This document shows, piece by piece, positions 24,774 through 37,051 of a stretch of 64,000 bases of DNA (position 1 is the first letter of the stretch; each line of letters opens with the position of its first letter). Below the pieces are notes generated by a model. That model did no database searches. It saw only the letters and a list, made by a program, of their open reading frames with translations, and was not told the origin of the DNA. This DNA comes from Neoconidiobolus thromboides FSU 785 (lineage: Eukaryota; Fungi; Entomophthoromycota): NCBI GenBank assembly GCA_025603075.1, contig MU626271.1, positions 1 through 64,000 of the forward strand, read 5' to 3'. The position numbers were made by a program, and so were the translations under genes.

Positions 24774-25367
24774 TAAAATGCATTTCTAATTGAGCTTGAA
24801 TTGTAATATTTAAATAGAAGTTTTTTGTTAATGATTTCTGTTATACTTTTTCTATATTTTAAACCACTTAAAATACAAACTAAATATTGAGGCTTGTTTT
24901 TATCCATGATTAAGTTTAGATACAGCTAAAATCTTATTAAATAGGAATTTATTATATCAGAATTTATTTCCTTACAATAACTACAGTTCATAATAAATAT
25001 ATCTTTGCCAAAACCCTTTGTCTTTACTATTGTCTTTTATTTTTTTACTTTAATTTATATACTAATAAAGTGCCTTGTTTTGTTTTAAACTTAATTCACA
25101 TAATCTATCCAAATATCGAATATAGCCCGAAGTTTTACAAATAATGTCAATTAGATTGTATCATGTTGAACATAAGTTGGAGGACCTATCCTTTTTAACT
25201 TCTCCCTTAGTTATTGTTAACTAACTTTTTAATAAATTAGAAATATAAAATTGAAAATAGTAAGTCATAAAAAATCAAAAATTACATTATTAAATATAAC
25301 ATATAAATTAACTTTGATTTATACAAGTTATAAATGAATATTATTATAACTGCATTAATTAATATAC

Positions 25368-25464
25368 GGGAGTATTTTTTTTGACTTCATTATTTTTTCC
25401 ATCTTTAAGCGCTGTTTAGTGGAGAAATTGTTAGTAAAATTCTTAAACACAAAAATACATCTTC
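25368..25464. mobile_element. MITE family A, copy 7 (reverse)
   Basis: Full core match; flanks ATAC/ATAT. Confidence 0.83.
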
Positions 25465-25726
25465 ATATACTGATCTGGGTTTAAAATAGAAAATGATATA
25501 AATGCAAATAGAATTCATTAAAACTATAATTCAATAAAGCTTTTAAATTGATTTCCAGATAACTAATACAATCACAAAAATCACAAATCAGATATTTTAT
25601 AGCCAGTATTTAATATAGCTTAATAAACAATTTATATGAGATTTAAGTTTACTATACAAAAACTCTATTTTATTTAAAATAAAAAGTCCAATTTTATTAT
25701 TCAAATTCAGCATTAAAACAAAAAAT

Positions 25727-25823
25727 GGGGATGTATTTTTGTATTTAAGAATTTTACTAACAATTTTTCCACTCAAATAGCGCTTAAAGATGGAAAAAAT
25801 AATGCAGTCAAAAAAACATTACC
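25727..25823. mobile_element. MITE family A, copy 8
   Basis: GGGGATGTATTTTTG...CAAAAAAACATTACC; flanks AAAT/AATT. Confidence 0.85.
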
Positions 25824-26120
25824 AATTAGTAGTTGATAATCAACTTTCGGCTATTTTTAATCATTACCTAATTTAGCTTTCCATTTTGTCAGCATTTATC
25901 CCTTTCAATTTCATTTAGTTAAAGTAATGAAAACTACAAGGACAATAACAAAGCCACCCTCAAATAGATAGATAAAACGTTATGTACTAAACAATTTGTT
26001 ATCAATCTGCTCTATATATTTTAGCCTTTACTTTTCAACTCACAATTTGTAGGAATTTGTATTTAATCAACTAAACTAGACTCAACCTTATAATCGTGAA
26101 ATGACGAATTTAATTTTAAA

Positions 26121-26142
26121 ATGATACCATCGATGGTGTCAT
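26121..26142. promoter_or_regulatory. Twin ATGRYRYCAT (CYS3/MetR-type) sites forming a 22-bp palindrome
   Basis: ATGATACCAT-CG-ATGGTGTCAT, about 235 bp upstream of the MET2 ATG. Confidence 0.5.
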
Positions 26143-26375
26143 TCCCATTGAAAGTTAGGTGCTTTTGAAGGATCCAATCAGGTAGAGGGCTGGGTGACGT
26201 TTATTGGTATAAGTTAAAAGGGAGATTGTTTAAGATAAAGTTATTTAATTAAAAAATTTTAAGATTGAAAATAGAGGATGCTATAAAATTCAATAAATAG
26301 TTGTATAATAATGAAAGATATATAAAATTAACAGTTTTAACTTAATCTTTGGCCAAACTGGACAAAGCAATTATT

Positions 26376-27943
26376 ATGGTACAAGAAGAAAAAAGTAAAT
26401 AATTCATTTCTATCAGTATCAAAAATTTCAGCTAACTTTAAAATTAATATTTACAGTCACTGAACAACTACTTGAGAACCCATTTGCTCATTTAGTATCG
26501 GAACAAACGATAACAACACTTGAAGAATTTGAATTAGAAAACAAAACTATATTAAAAAAAGTACCGGTAGCCTACAAAACATGGGGGCAATTAAATGAAA
26601 GTAAAGATAATGTGATGGTAATATGCCATGCTTTGACAGGATCTGCCGATATTAGTGATTGGTAAACTATTACTATGATATTATAGTAAATAAGTATACT
26701 GATTGTTATCATTTTAATTTATAGGTGGGGACAGTTATTAGGCATTGGAAAAATCTTTGATCCAAGCCAATATTTTATATTTTGTGGCAATGTATTAGGC
26801 TCACCATATGGGACTGCTTCTCCATGTACTTTAAATTCAGAAACTAATCAGTTCTATGGACCCGAATTTCCAAATACCACCATTAGAGATGATGTTAGGT
26901 AAATATAAGGAATCCCAATTCTTTTAATTATATTTGGATTTATTAATAGTCTTTTTATTTGGTTAGACTACATAATACCATTCTAAAACAATTAGGAGTT
27001 AAACAAGTAGCCATTTGTATTGGCGGCTCTTTAGGTGGTATGCAAGTCTTAGAATGGGCTATGTTAGGTAAAGAATATGTCAAAGCTATTGTAGCTATTG
27101 CTACATGTGGTAAACATTCAGGCTGGGGTATTAGTTGGGGCGAAGCTCAAAGACAGGCTATTTATTCGGATCCTAAATATCGTAAGTTTATAAGACACTT
27201 TTTTTACGAGTATAGTTTTTTATTTATTTTTTAGTGAATGGGTATTATCCTTTTAATGATGTAAGTTTTTATAATTTATTTCGATATACTTTTATTGAAA
27301 TCTTATTTCTTTTAGCCCCCTAAATCGGGATTATCGGCTGCACGTATGTCAGCTTTGTTAACCTATCGAACAAGAAATAGTTTTGAATTAAGATTTGGAA
27401 GGAAACGACGAGAAAATAAAGTGGAAGAAAAAGAAGTATTTTCAGCCCAAAGTTATTTAAGATATCAAGGGGATAAATTTGTTAATAGATTTGATGCTAA
27501 TTGTTATATTCATTTAACTAAAAAAATGGATACTCATGATTTAGGTTACAATAGAGGGGAGTATACAGAGACGTTAAAATCTATTGAACAGCCTAGTTTA
27601 ATTATTGGTAAATCTATTATAATTTTATAGTAGTATTAGTAATATTTATTCATTTATTTTTATTATAGGTATTGAATCGGATGGGTTATTTACAATAAGT
27701 GAACAATATGAGTTAGCTCAGTATTTACCTAATTCAGAAATGAAACAAATTGAGTCTATTGATGGACATGATGGCTTTTTATTGGAATTTGAACAACTAT
27801 CAGTATTAATTCAAGAATTTATTAAACAAAAATTACCACAAATGAAAGTTAATAAATGTATTTTAGAAGCCCATCAAAGGCAAACGATAGTTAAAAATTC
27901 GCTATTTGGAGAAGTGGAAGACACAGATTTAGTGGAGTGGTGA
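26376..27943 (+). CDS. MET2: Homoserine O-acetyltransferase
   Basis: AYKTWGQLN, ICHALTGSAD, GGSLGGMQVLEW, RFDANCY, DGHDGFLLE and C-terminal FGEVE...W; includes a 26-nt exon at 27235-27260. Confidence 0.96.
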
Positions 27944-28098
27944 AGTTTTATTAAATAAAAATTGCTGTTTTGAATTTTTTATTTTTTGCTTTGTTATTAT
28001 TTGAACTCAGCTAATTAAAATAGACTAAAATTTATCTAACTTAATATGCAATCAAGTGAAAACTAATTTTCTACTTTTATTTTGTTACTTACAAAAAG

Positions 28099-29187
28099 AT
28101 GGATAAATATAAAATGGTACATTATGCCAAAGAATATAATCCAATAAAGAGTTGTACTGTAGATGGACAAGGAAGGATACTGAATGATAAAGGATGTATC
28201 AAAGCATTAAATAAAAGATGTAATTTGAAATCAAATTAAATTCTATTTTAAAAATAAACAAAATAATCAATTATGAAATTTAGATGATTGTAAAAAAATC
28301 AATCAACCTACTCAAGATCCTTATCGTACATTATTTGTAGCAAGATTAAAAGAGACGGTAGTGGAAAGTAGATTAAATTAATTATGTATAAAATTAAATA
28401 CTGAATATTAAATAAGGTGAATTAGAATCGATATTTAAAAAATTCGGTACTATTGAAAACATTAAATTAATTCGAAATATAAGTAATATTTAGTGAACAC
28501 AAATTTCAGTTGAATAAATGACTCAAACTAAATAACTTTTTATTAGTTACTGGAGAATCCAAACGATATTGTTTTATACAATTTAGTACCTATGACGAAT
28601 GTAAAAGAGCATATCAAGTAATTCCTTCTCATTATCAAAAATTCCAAACTACAAAAGAACTAATTGAAATTTAATAAATTAAAAGGAAGCTAAAAAATAC
28701 AAAATTCAAGGTAAAAAAATATTAGTAGATTATGAACGAGATCGAATTATGAAAAATTGGAAACCTAGAAGATTAGGTAATGTTTTATCAATGATAACAA
28801 CTGTTCAAAATAAATAGATCAAACAATGGACTTAATTAATTATTTTTATAGGTGGTGGTTTGGGTGGTCAAAAAGAAAGTGGACAATTACGTTTTGGTGG
28901 TAGAGATAAACCATTTAAGCCACCTTAGTAAATTAAATTAGATTAAATACGATAATAATAATAATATATTATATAATAGTCAAAGATCTATATATCAAAT
29001 GATGGATATACCTAAAGAACTATGTAGAGAAGATTGTTGGAGATATAATAACAAATCTTATTTTAACAATAAAGATAAAATAATCGATGTTGAAAATAGA
29101 GAAAGAGAAGGTTTTGAAGAGAGCAAAAGTTATAGGGATAATTTAAGTATTAGGTGGAATCTCTTTTTTATAACATTTTTGAATTAG
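28099..29187 (+). CDS. SNRNP35: U11/U12 snRNP 35 kDa protein (minor spliceosome)
   Basis: Spliced: [15 protein letters not shown]...[11 protein letters not shown] (RRM)...[42 protein letters not shown]. The 3' end is less certain. Confidence 0.9.
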
Positions 29188-29321
29188 TATTAATTAATAG
29201 TTTTTTTTTATTAGTGAAGTTAGTTATATTAAGAAAAAGCAGTATTATAAGAAATAAAATTGATATAGTTTTTGATGAAGATTCTTCTTTTTTTGAAATT
29301 ATTTTTTTGTTGCAATTTAAA

Positions 29322-30607
29322 ATGTTGACAAATTGGTGTAAAAATAGTACAGTTTCAATCTATTGTTATCAATTAAGATATTATCAAACATTCAATTTTA
29401 TTTATTTTAATCAAGGTAAAATAGAAGATAATTATTAATATACTATATTTAATAATTCAATAATAGAAACCAAATCTTTAAAAAAAGCAATAGCAATACA
29501 ACATTTACAACCTAATCTCTCGGCCAGATTGTCTTTTCAACAGTTTCAGCACTTAAAAGTCATAAACAATGCCTCAATAAAACGATCATCTGTATCCGAG
29601 GATCCAAGACTGTATTCAGTCTCCTTATTTTTACCTACCATTTACGAAGATCCAGAGTATTTAACTTGGGAAATTAAAAATAATTATCGTCAATTATTAA
29701 AACAAGCGAATAAATTTTTAGATAATAGAGTCAAGTAAGCGAGTTTGTTATTGTAATTAGAAATAACTGTGCTTTAATCGTTATTTTTTGGGAATAGATG
29801 TTACATAGTAAATAGAATAAGAACAGAGTTTCGTAAATATCAATCCTATCCAGTGAATCAATTGATCAAAACTAAAAGAGCAAAGACTAGAAAGGTAAAA
29901 GTAGAGGGTTGTTAATTGAGTATCACCTATTTATCTATTTATTTAGCATTTACGCAAATTAATCAAAGCCAACAATTTAGATCCGGATAGTTTATTAACA
30001 GTGTTGGAAAACGCATATGGTAGAAGAGGTAACTTGAGATGGGAATTATTAAAAGTAAGTTTCATTTAAAAATATCAACTAATTTCATTTCAGTTCTTTT
30101 TTGTTTTATTAGGATTATTTATTTAAAAAATCAGAAACTAACAATATAGATGAAATAGACAGCATAAACGATATAGATTTAAAAAATAATTTATTACCCC
30201 AACTCTTAGCCAACCCTAAATTTCAACATCTTCTTCTTTATCAAGGATATAAACTCAAGCCCAGTGTCCCAGAAAGCATACAACATTCATCAATACGCGT
30301 TAACAACTACATAATCAACTATTATAAGCGTTTATTTTTTAAATTATTACCTCCTTTGAGTTCTGATTTAATCAAAGAATTAGAAAATAAAGCACAATTA
30401 AATTATTATACAGAGTTAATGGAAAGTCAAGGTTTGAAACCAAATTATGAAAAATTAAGGAAGTTGGCAAGAGCTTATCAAAAATTGTTATTGAAATGTA
30501 GCTATGTTGACAAGGGTGGAAGTGAGTTTAAACTATTGACTTCTTTATATGCCGGTAAAAAAGCACTACCTTGCTTAAATGGGATTGACTTGTTAGGTTT
30601 AAAATAA
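29322..30607 (+). CDS. Mitochondrial LYR-motif family protein with an apparent 1-nt frameshift
   Basis: YRQLLKQANKFLD...IRTEFRK...LRKLIKAN...VLENAYGRRGNLRWELL...LLPPLS. The frame shifts at about 29995-30001. Confidence 0.6.
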
Positions 30608-30710
30608 AAAAATAAAATGAATAGATCAAATAAAAAATTTACTATCGTTGTTATTGATAAAAAAAACAACTATTTCATTTGCTGTATTTAATATAAAAAA
30701 GAGCTTAAAT

Positions 30711-31329
30711 TTATCTACGGAGACCACCACGTCCACGACCACGACCACGACCACGTCCACCTCTTGTAGAAATGGAAGTTTCTTCAACTAAGAAAAAAAT
30801 CATATTAATAAAAAAATCCATAATTAATCTTTTTCCAAAAAAGCATTTCCAATATCAAATCAAAATTTCTCTTCTATATTCCTGTCTTGTTTTCTACTTA
30901 CCTTCTTTCTTTTTTCCACGATTTTTAGGAGAATCATCAATCAATAATGTATCTAACGGTAAACTATCTGGTAAGATATAATAGCGTATATTACTGCCTC
31001 TTAAACTTAAATTATCTAATGAAGTTGGATCCCGATTTTTAACTGTAATCTTGACTTTTTTTAAATGTGTGTTCATACTCATATCAACGCCTAAAGTGAG
31101 TAAATAATGTATTAGTTTTTTAATAGAAATCGGTTGGTTTAACGAGATAAAATGTTAGAGAGAAATAAGAACTTACCAGAGATAGTACCATGTACAATAG
31201 TACCATTTTTTAATTCAATGGTCACTGTTTCATTGGATAATTTCATTAAAAATCTATATAATATACGGTCCGATTAATACACTATTTTATATAACAATTT
31301 ATAATCTTCAATTACTTGACTAATTTCAT
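30711..31329 (-). CDS. SMD1: Sm core protein D1
   Basis: [22 protein letters not shown]...[21 protein letters not shown] and a C-terminal RG repeat; three introns. Confidence 0.95.
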
Positions 31330-31496
31330 CTTTGTTTATTAAGTAATTTCAATAAAAATAGTGCTAATTTCAAAATCTTTTAATCAACTTTAATTACTGA
31401 TGAAATTGGGATTTCAATTGGATAGAAGAAAAAGTTATGGGATTTTTAAACTTTGACGTGTTTATGGAACTGGTTTTCTTTTTTAAATTTTAAATT

Positions 31497-32628
31497 ATGA
31501 AAAATAAAAATAAAAATAAAAATAAAAAAAAGGTTGAGAATGCAAGTAATTCAGCTACTAATATAAAAGAAATAACGAGCAACCCAATTAATGAAACGAG
31601 CAATGTAACTAACAGTACTTCCAAGACTAGTGATCAATTGATCCATTCTTCCATTAAAGGTATTCAATATCTCTTCAGTTTGCAATTATATACCAAAGTA
31701 TTATCATTTTTATTAAATCAGACGTTTTATTATTTTATATCCAGTGAAATTTATGGAAAAGTAATGATCGATTATGAATTTTTATTATCCACCATTTTAT
31801 TTTTATCACGAGATTGTTTTCGAATTAGTTTATTAAATTTAGATTTTAATCAAAATAACAAGAAAGTAATTAATTTATGTTATCTACCCATCATGATAGG
31901 TGGAATACTATCCATAAGTATTATAATAACGAAGCAATGGGAAGGAAAAGAAGAGAATATATATTTCAAATGGAGCTATTATCTCTATATATTAGCAGCT
32001 AATATCGAACTTTGGAGCGAACCTTATTATATAATAATATTACAAAAAATGGATTATTTAATTCGAAGTCAAGTCGAAGGCATTAGTTTATTTTTTAAAA
32101 GTATAAGTTTATTTTGTCTAAGTTTTTTTATTGTTTGGAAGCTTTTGGATAATCAATTGATTATATTAGCGTTTGCAATAGCCCAATTAGTCTATGCATT
32201 ATCCTTGTTTATATTTTATGCAGTGTATTTTTATAAGCAAAATGAGGTTAATTTTTTACCTGAGAAAATATTGAGTGAGGGAAAGTAAGATATTGTATTT
32301 AATTAATTAATTGATTAACTTTTTATTCTATTAGCAAATATTATTATTTTGAACCCAAAATCATTGTATTAAGTATAAGTTTGTTTTTTCAATCTATAAT
32401 TAAACATATCTTAACAGAAGGAGATAAATTACTACTAATATTATTGACAGAAAATACTGAAAAAGGATATTATTCTTCAGCTATTAATTACGGTAAGCTA
32501 TTGAAAATAATGTTAAATTCTTAATGTTGAAATAAGCTAATAGAGTTTAATTATTAGGTTCATTAATAGTAAGAATAATTTATCAGCCCATTGAAGAAAT
32601 TACTAGAAACTTATTTTCAAAATTATTA

Positions 32629-32704
<76 letters not shown>

Positions 32705-33427
32705 TCAATAATATTAATAATAATCAACAAGTGACTTTAAATTTATTACAATTATTAATTAAATTTGAATTACTATTAGCTCTATTTATCTTATTTTTTA
32801 TACCTAATTATACCACATTACTGTATTACTTCTTACGTAAAGGATGGAATGTTGAATTAGCAAGTAATATATTATCATTTTATTGTTTCTATATTCCATT
32901 ATTGGGTGTCAATGGTATTACAGAAGCATTTTTACAAACCATAGCAACAACAAAGAAGTTAAATCAATTTACTCTTTCTTTAATTGGATTTACTGTTGTT
33001 TATTTATCAATTGGGTATACCTTAAGTAAGTTTGTAAATCAAATATCTTATGCAATTATTGTGGCCAATAGTATCAATATGACATTAAGAATCGGATGGG
33101 CAGTCAAGTTTATTATTGAATATTTTAAAATTAGTTTTATGGATTTGATAAAAAAGATCAGGTTTCATAGAGTAGTGATTGCTATGTTTTTTACTAGTTT
33201 TATAATAGGTTATTATTCAAATGTTGTTGTTGGTTACACTACTTTATATAAAGCTGCATTGCATTTATTAATCGGTATACTTTGTTTTCTATCAACTTGT
33301 TTATCTATGTAAGTATTTTGTATATTATTTTTAATTATATTTTTAACAATTATTTTATAGTTATTTTTATGAATATGACTTTTTGAAACAGATCTACCAA
33401 TTTATTAAAGTTAAAAAAGATAAATAA
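31497..33427 (+). CDS. RFT1: Rft1 Man5GlcNAc2-PP-dolichol translocation protein
   Basis: LFSLQLYTKVLSFLLNQ, ELWSEPYY, KHILTEGDK, YQPIEE and GVNGITEAF motifs; multi-TM. Confidence 0.92.
32629..32700 (+). repeat. (AAT)24 microsatellite encoding poly-Asn inside RFT1
   Basis: 72 nt of perfect AAT, in frame after SKLL. Confidence 0.95.
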
Positions 33428-33515
33428 ATTAATTTATAACATTTTTATTTAAATAATTTGCTTTTTCTTTCAAAAATAATAAACATAACAATCATTCCGT
33501 ATCATTCTATTTTTT

Positions 33516-35486
33516 TTAAACAAAATGACTTTTTTCATTTAGTTGCAATGCATCCGAGAGTACCATTTCATGTAATGCTTTACCGGCGGGTACCATAGGA
33601 TAAACGTGTTCTCCTTTGTCCACTTTAACTTCAAAGACAATAGGGCCATCATATTCTAAAAATTGCTTCATTTTTTCTTTTAAATCTTTTTCATTATCAC
33701 ATCTAATGGCTTTACAACCCATAGCTTCACTTAGTTTAATAAAATCTGGATTATACATTTTAGTTGAACTATATCTTTCTTCATAAAATAAATCTTGCCA
33801 CTGTTTTACCATCCCTTGAAAATCATTATTTAATAATAATACTTTAACACCAATATTGAATTGAGCGGCTGTTGCTAATTCCATAGCTGTCATACAAAAG
33901 GAAGCATCCCCATCAATATCAATAACAATTTTATCCGGTTGAGCTATTTTAGCACCGATAGCCGATGGTAAACCAAATCCCATAGTACCTAAACCACCAG
34001 AAGTTATCATTGTACGTGGATGTCGCCAACGATAATATTGTGCTGCCCACATTTGATGTTGTCCAACGCCTGTTGTTATCAATACTTTATCTTTAATATT
34101 TAATGTTTGATTGTTTAATTCTTCTAATACATGTTGTGGTTTTAAATAACCATGTTTACCAATTGGAGAACCATGGTAAAAGGGATATTTCTTTTTCCAT
34201 TCATTGATACGTTCAAACCAAGCTGGATGACTGGATTTTTTGATATGGGGCATTAATAACCCTAAATTACTTTTAACATCCCCCTCAATAGCTTCAGTTA
34301 CTTGTACACTTTTATTAATATTTTTAGGTAATATTTCAAAATGAACAATACCACCTCTACCTTCAGCTTCTGCTTTTCTAGCACTTGGTGCAAAATATTT
34401 TAAATTGCCAGTGACTCGATCATCAAATCGAGCTCCAAGGGCAATGATAAGATCTGCATGTTGAATGGCTAAATTTGCATAAGCACTACCATGCATACCC
34501 AACATATGTAAAGAACGAGAATCCAATTCATCAAATGCACCTAAGCCTTGTAAGGTAGTAGTTACTGGAATATCCCCAAGTTCAGCTAATTGTTTTAAAA
34601 GTTCAGGCCCTTCAATGGAATTTAATAATCCATTACCAGCATAAATAACTGGCCTTTCTGCCATATTGATTAATTTAGCTACTCGTGCAATCGTTTTCTT
34701 TTTATTAGCTTCTCTTGTAGGATCTAAATCACTAACTGAAAAAGTAGGTATTTTAGGTTCTGCTGGTATATGTTGATTTAAAATAGAAGCTGTGATGTCT
34801 TTTGGAAGATCTACTAAAACAGGACCTGGTCGACCAGTAGTAGCAATATGGAAGGCTTCATTAATACGTCTTGGAAGTTCTTTAATATCTTTAACCATGA
34901 CATTCCATTTAGTACATGAACGAGAAATACCCACAATATCGGCTTCTTGAAAGGCATCCGTACCAATAGCGGAGGTTGGTACTTGACCACAAAATACGAC
35001 TAAGGGTACACCGTCCATTAAAGCATCTTGCATAGGAGTTACTACATTGGTAGCACCTGGCCCCGAAGTAACTAAAACAACGCCTGGCTTGCGACTAGCT
35101 CTAGCATATCCTTCCGCCATATGGCCAGCCCCCTGCTCATGCCTAGGTAAAATAAGATCAAACTGTTCTGAATTATGAATAGCATCATAAACGGGTAAAA
35201 TAGCGCCCCCTGGATAACCAAACACTTTGGTAACTTTATGTTGTAACATCATTTCATGAAATATCTGACCGCCCGTCATACCTACAAATGAAACTTGTTT
35301 TTGGGGTTTATGTTGCAATGGTTGAGGTGGTGGTGCATGCCTATTGTCTCTTGGTGCTACATAGACTTCAGGTTCATTATGAGAATGTTTAATAGCAGCA
35401 TCGGATTTTAAACGGAGAGATTGGGCTAGATGCCTGTTTAAATAAGTTAAGTTATTGGCTTTTAAAATGGCTCTTCTTATCATCAT
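33516..35486 (-). CDS. ILV2: Acetolactate synthase catalytic subunit (mitochondrial), intronless
   Basis: FGYPGGAILP, RHEQGAGHMA, TSGPGATN, SGGLGTMGFG and DIDGDASF (ThDP motif). Confidence 0.98.
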   Translation of the reverse strand: MMIRRAILKANNLTYLNRHLAQSLRLKSDAAIKHSHNEPEVYVAPRDNRHAPPPQPLQHKPQKQVSFVGMTGGQIFHEMMLQHKVTKVFGYPGGAILPVYDAIHNSEQFDLILPRHEQGAGHMAEGYARASRKPGVVLVTSGPGATNVVTPMQDALMDGVPLVVFCGQVPTSAIGTDAFQEADIVGISRSCTKWNVMVKDIKELPRRINEAFHIATTGRPGPVLVDLPKDITASILNQHIPAEPKIPTFSVSDLDPTREANKKKTIARVAKLINMAERPVIYAGNGLLNSIEGPELLKQLAELGDIPVTTTLQGLGAFDELDSRSLHMLGMHGSAYANLAIQHADLIIALGARFDDRVTGNLKYFAPSARKAEAEGRGGIVHFEILPKNINKSVQVTEAIEGDVKSNLGLLMPHIKKSSHPAWFERINEWKKKYPFYHGSPIGKHGYLKPQHVLEELNNQTLNIKDKVLITTGVGQHQMWAAQYYRWRHPRTMITSGGLGTMGFGLPSAIGAKIAQPDKIVIDIDGDASFCMTAMELATAAQFNIGVKVLLLNNDFQGMVKQWQDLFYEERYSSTKMYNPDFIKLSEAMGCKAIRCDNEKDLKEKMKQFLEYDGPIVFEVKVDKGEHVYPMVPAGKALHEMVLSDALQLNEKSHFV

Positions 35487-35728
35487 ATTGAATGAATTTT
35501 GATTTGATAACCTATAGTTAAGATTGGAGAGAAGATATATAATTTATAGAGTTAACTCGTGCTGTTAATATTTAAAATAAATTAAAAAAGAATTAAAAAG
35601 ATAAACTTTTTATTTTTTTTTATAAGTAAATTGATTTATAAAAATTAAATTTTTAATTTTAATCTGGATCGTCTTCTTTTTGTTAATATACTCTTTTGAA
35701 GTTTAGTGTGACTAGCTTTTGATAAGAA

Positions 35729-35737
35729 ATGACTCAT
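35729..35737. promoter_or_regulatory. Gcn4/CpcA binding site ATGACTCAT
   Basis: Perfect consensus 243 bp upstream of the ILV2 ATG. Confidence 0.6.
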
Positions 35738-36614
35738 TTTCACAATTCAATAATTAATGCTGCCTGAAATTAAGAGTTTATTCGTTTTAATCCAATCATC
35801 ATATCAGATCTAAAACCTTAGAATCAATTGAGCTAACGAGTTAAATTGACCAATTAAATCTATGATAGATCTATTAAAGATTCAGGCGCTTAAGTAATCA
35901 CATTTTGATAGTGTAATTTTACACTTGATCAGCTGAATTTTGATGATAAGAAAAATAAGATAATAAAGGGTATTAAATAATAATATTATTATTATAAAGA
36001 ATGAATAATAGCTCTAAGTATTATTATTGGAAGTTGATAAATTATTGAAAAAACCTCTATTATAACGTCAATAAAACAATTGGCTTTAGAAAATGTACTT
36101 TAAAATATCAAATACATAGACGATGTATTGATATTATCATCTAAATTTCGGTTAATTTTTTTTATTAAACCATTTTAAGAATTATTGCAAAAATTCTATT
36201 TTCTCATAAAGTTTTTCTATTTTTACAACTTCAAATAAATTACATTTTAACTTTAATAATAATAAACTTTAAAGAATTCATACTTTAAAGAATTTGTTCT
36301 ATGTTTTTTAATTCTTTGTTATTTTTTTTGTTTTTCTGTGATTTATTCCTATAAGCAAAGAAATTCAATATTTGTAAAAGTAAATTTTCAAGACATATAT
36401 GTGGGAGATATGCTTATTGAATAAAAATACTAAGAAAGGCCTTGGGTAGAAAAAAGAGGTTTAACGAGAGACTAGAAGAAAAAGGATTCAATATAATAGT
36501 TAAAGTGAAAAGGCTAAAGGGTCCTTTGTTCAGGAGTTTTGCTATTATTTTAAACACAAAGTTTAATTTATCTAGCTTTTTAATTTAATATACTAATTAA
36601 TAAATTTGATATAT

Positions 36615-36711
36615 GGGGGATCTATTTCTGTTTAAGAATTTTACTAACACTCTTTCTGTTTAAATAGTGCTTAAAAAATAAAAAAAGTGATAAAATCAGA
36701 AAAACACCTCC
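36615..36711. mobile_element. MITE family A, copy 9
   Basis: Core match; ATAT on both flanks. Confidence 0.82.
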
Positions 36712-36810
36712 ATATACAATCATACGTTCTAATAGAAGAGAACTTCTCTAAAATATTTAAACTTATTATATTATGTAAATTGGAATCCATTTTCATTTAT
36801 TTAAAATTAT

Positions 36811-36909
36811 AGGGATGTTTTTTTTGACTTCATTACTTTTTTCATTTTTTAAGAGCTATTTGAATGGAAAGATTATTAATACAATTCTTAAACAAAAAAA
36901 TACATCCCC
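36811..36909. mobile_element. MITE family A, copy 10 (reverse)
   Basis: AGGGATGTTTTTTTTG...AAAAAAATACATCCCC; TTAT on both flanks. Confidence 0.85.
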
Positions 36910-37051
36910 TTATTTTACATTTAAAATAGTTTATAGTATAGTAGCTAATTTGAATAAGAAAATTAATGCTAATATAACTATATAGTTTAAAAAAAACCAA
37001 GCCTAATAAGTAATCACACTTTATTAATTATTAATTATTAATTATTATAAA

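Noticed and set aside
24960-24985. GTAAGGAAA (minus strand) resembling the U12 snRNA branch-pairing region
   Set aside because: The upstream TGCCTTAAAC and downstream stems are missing.
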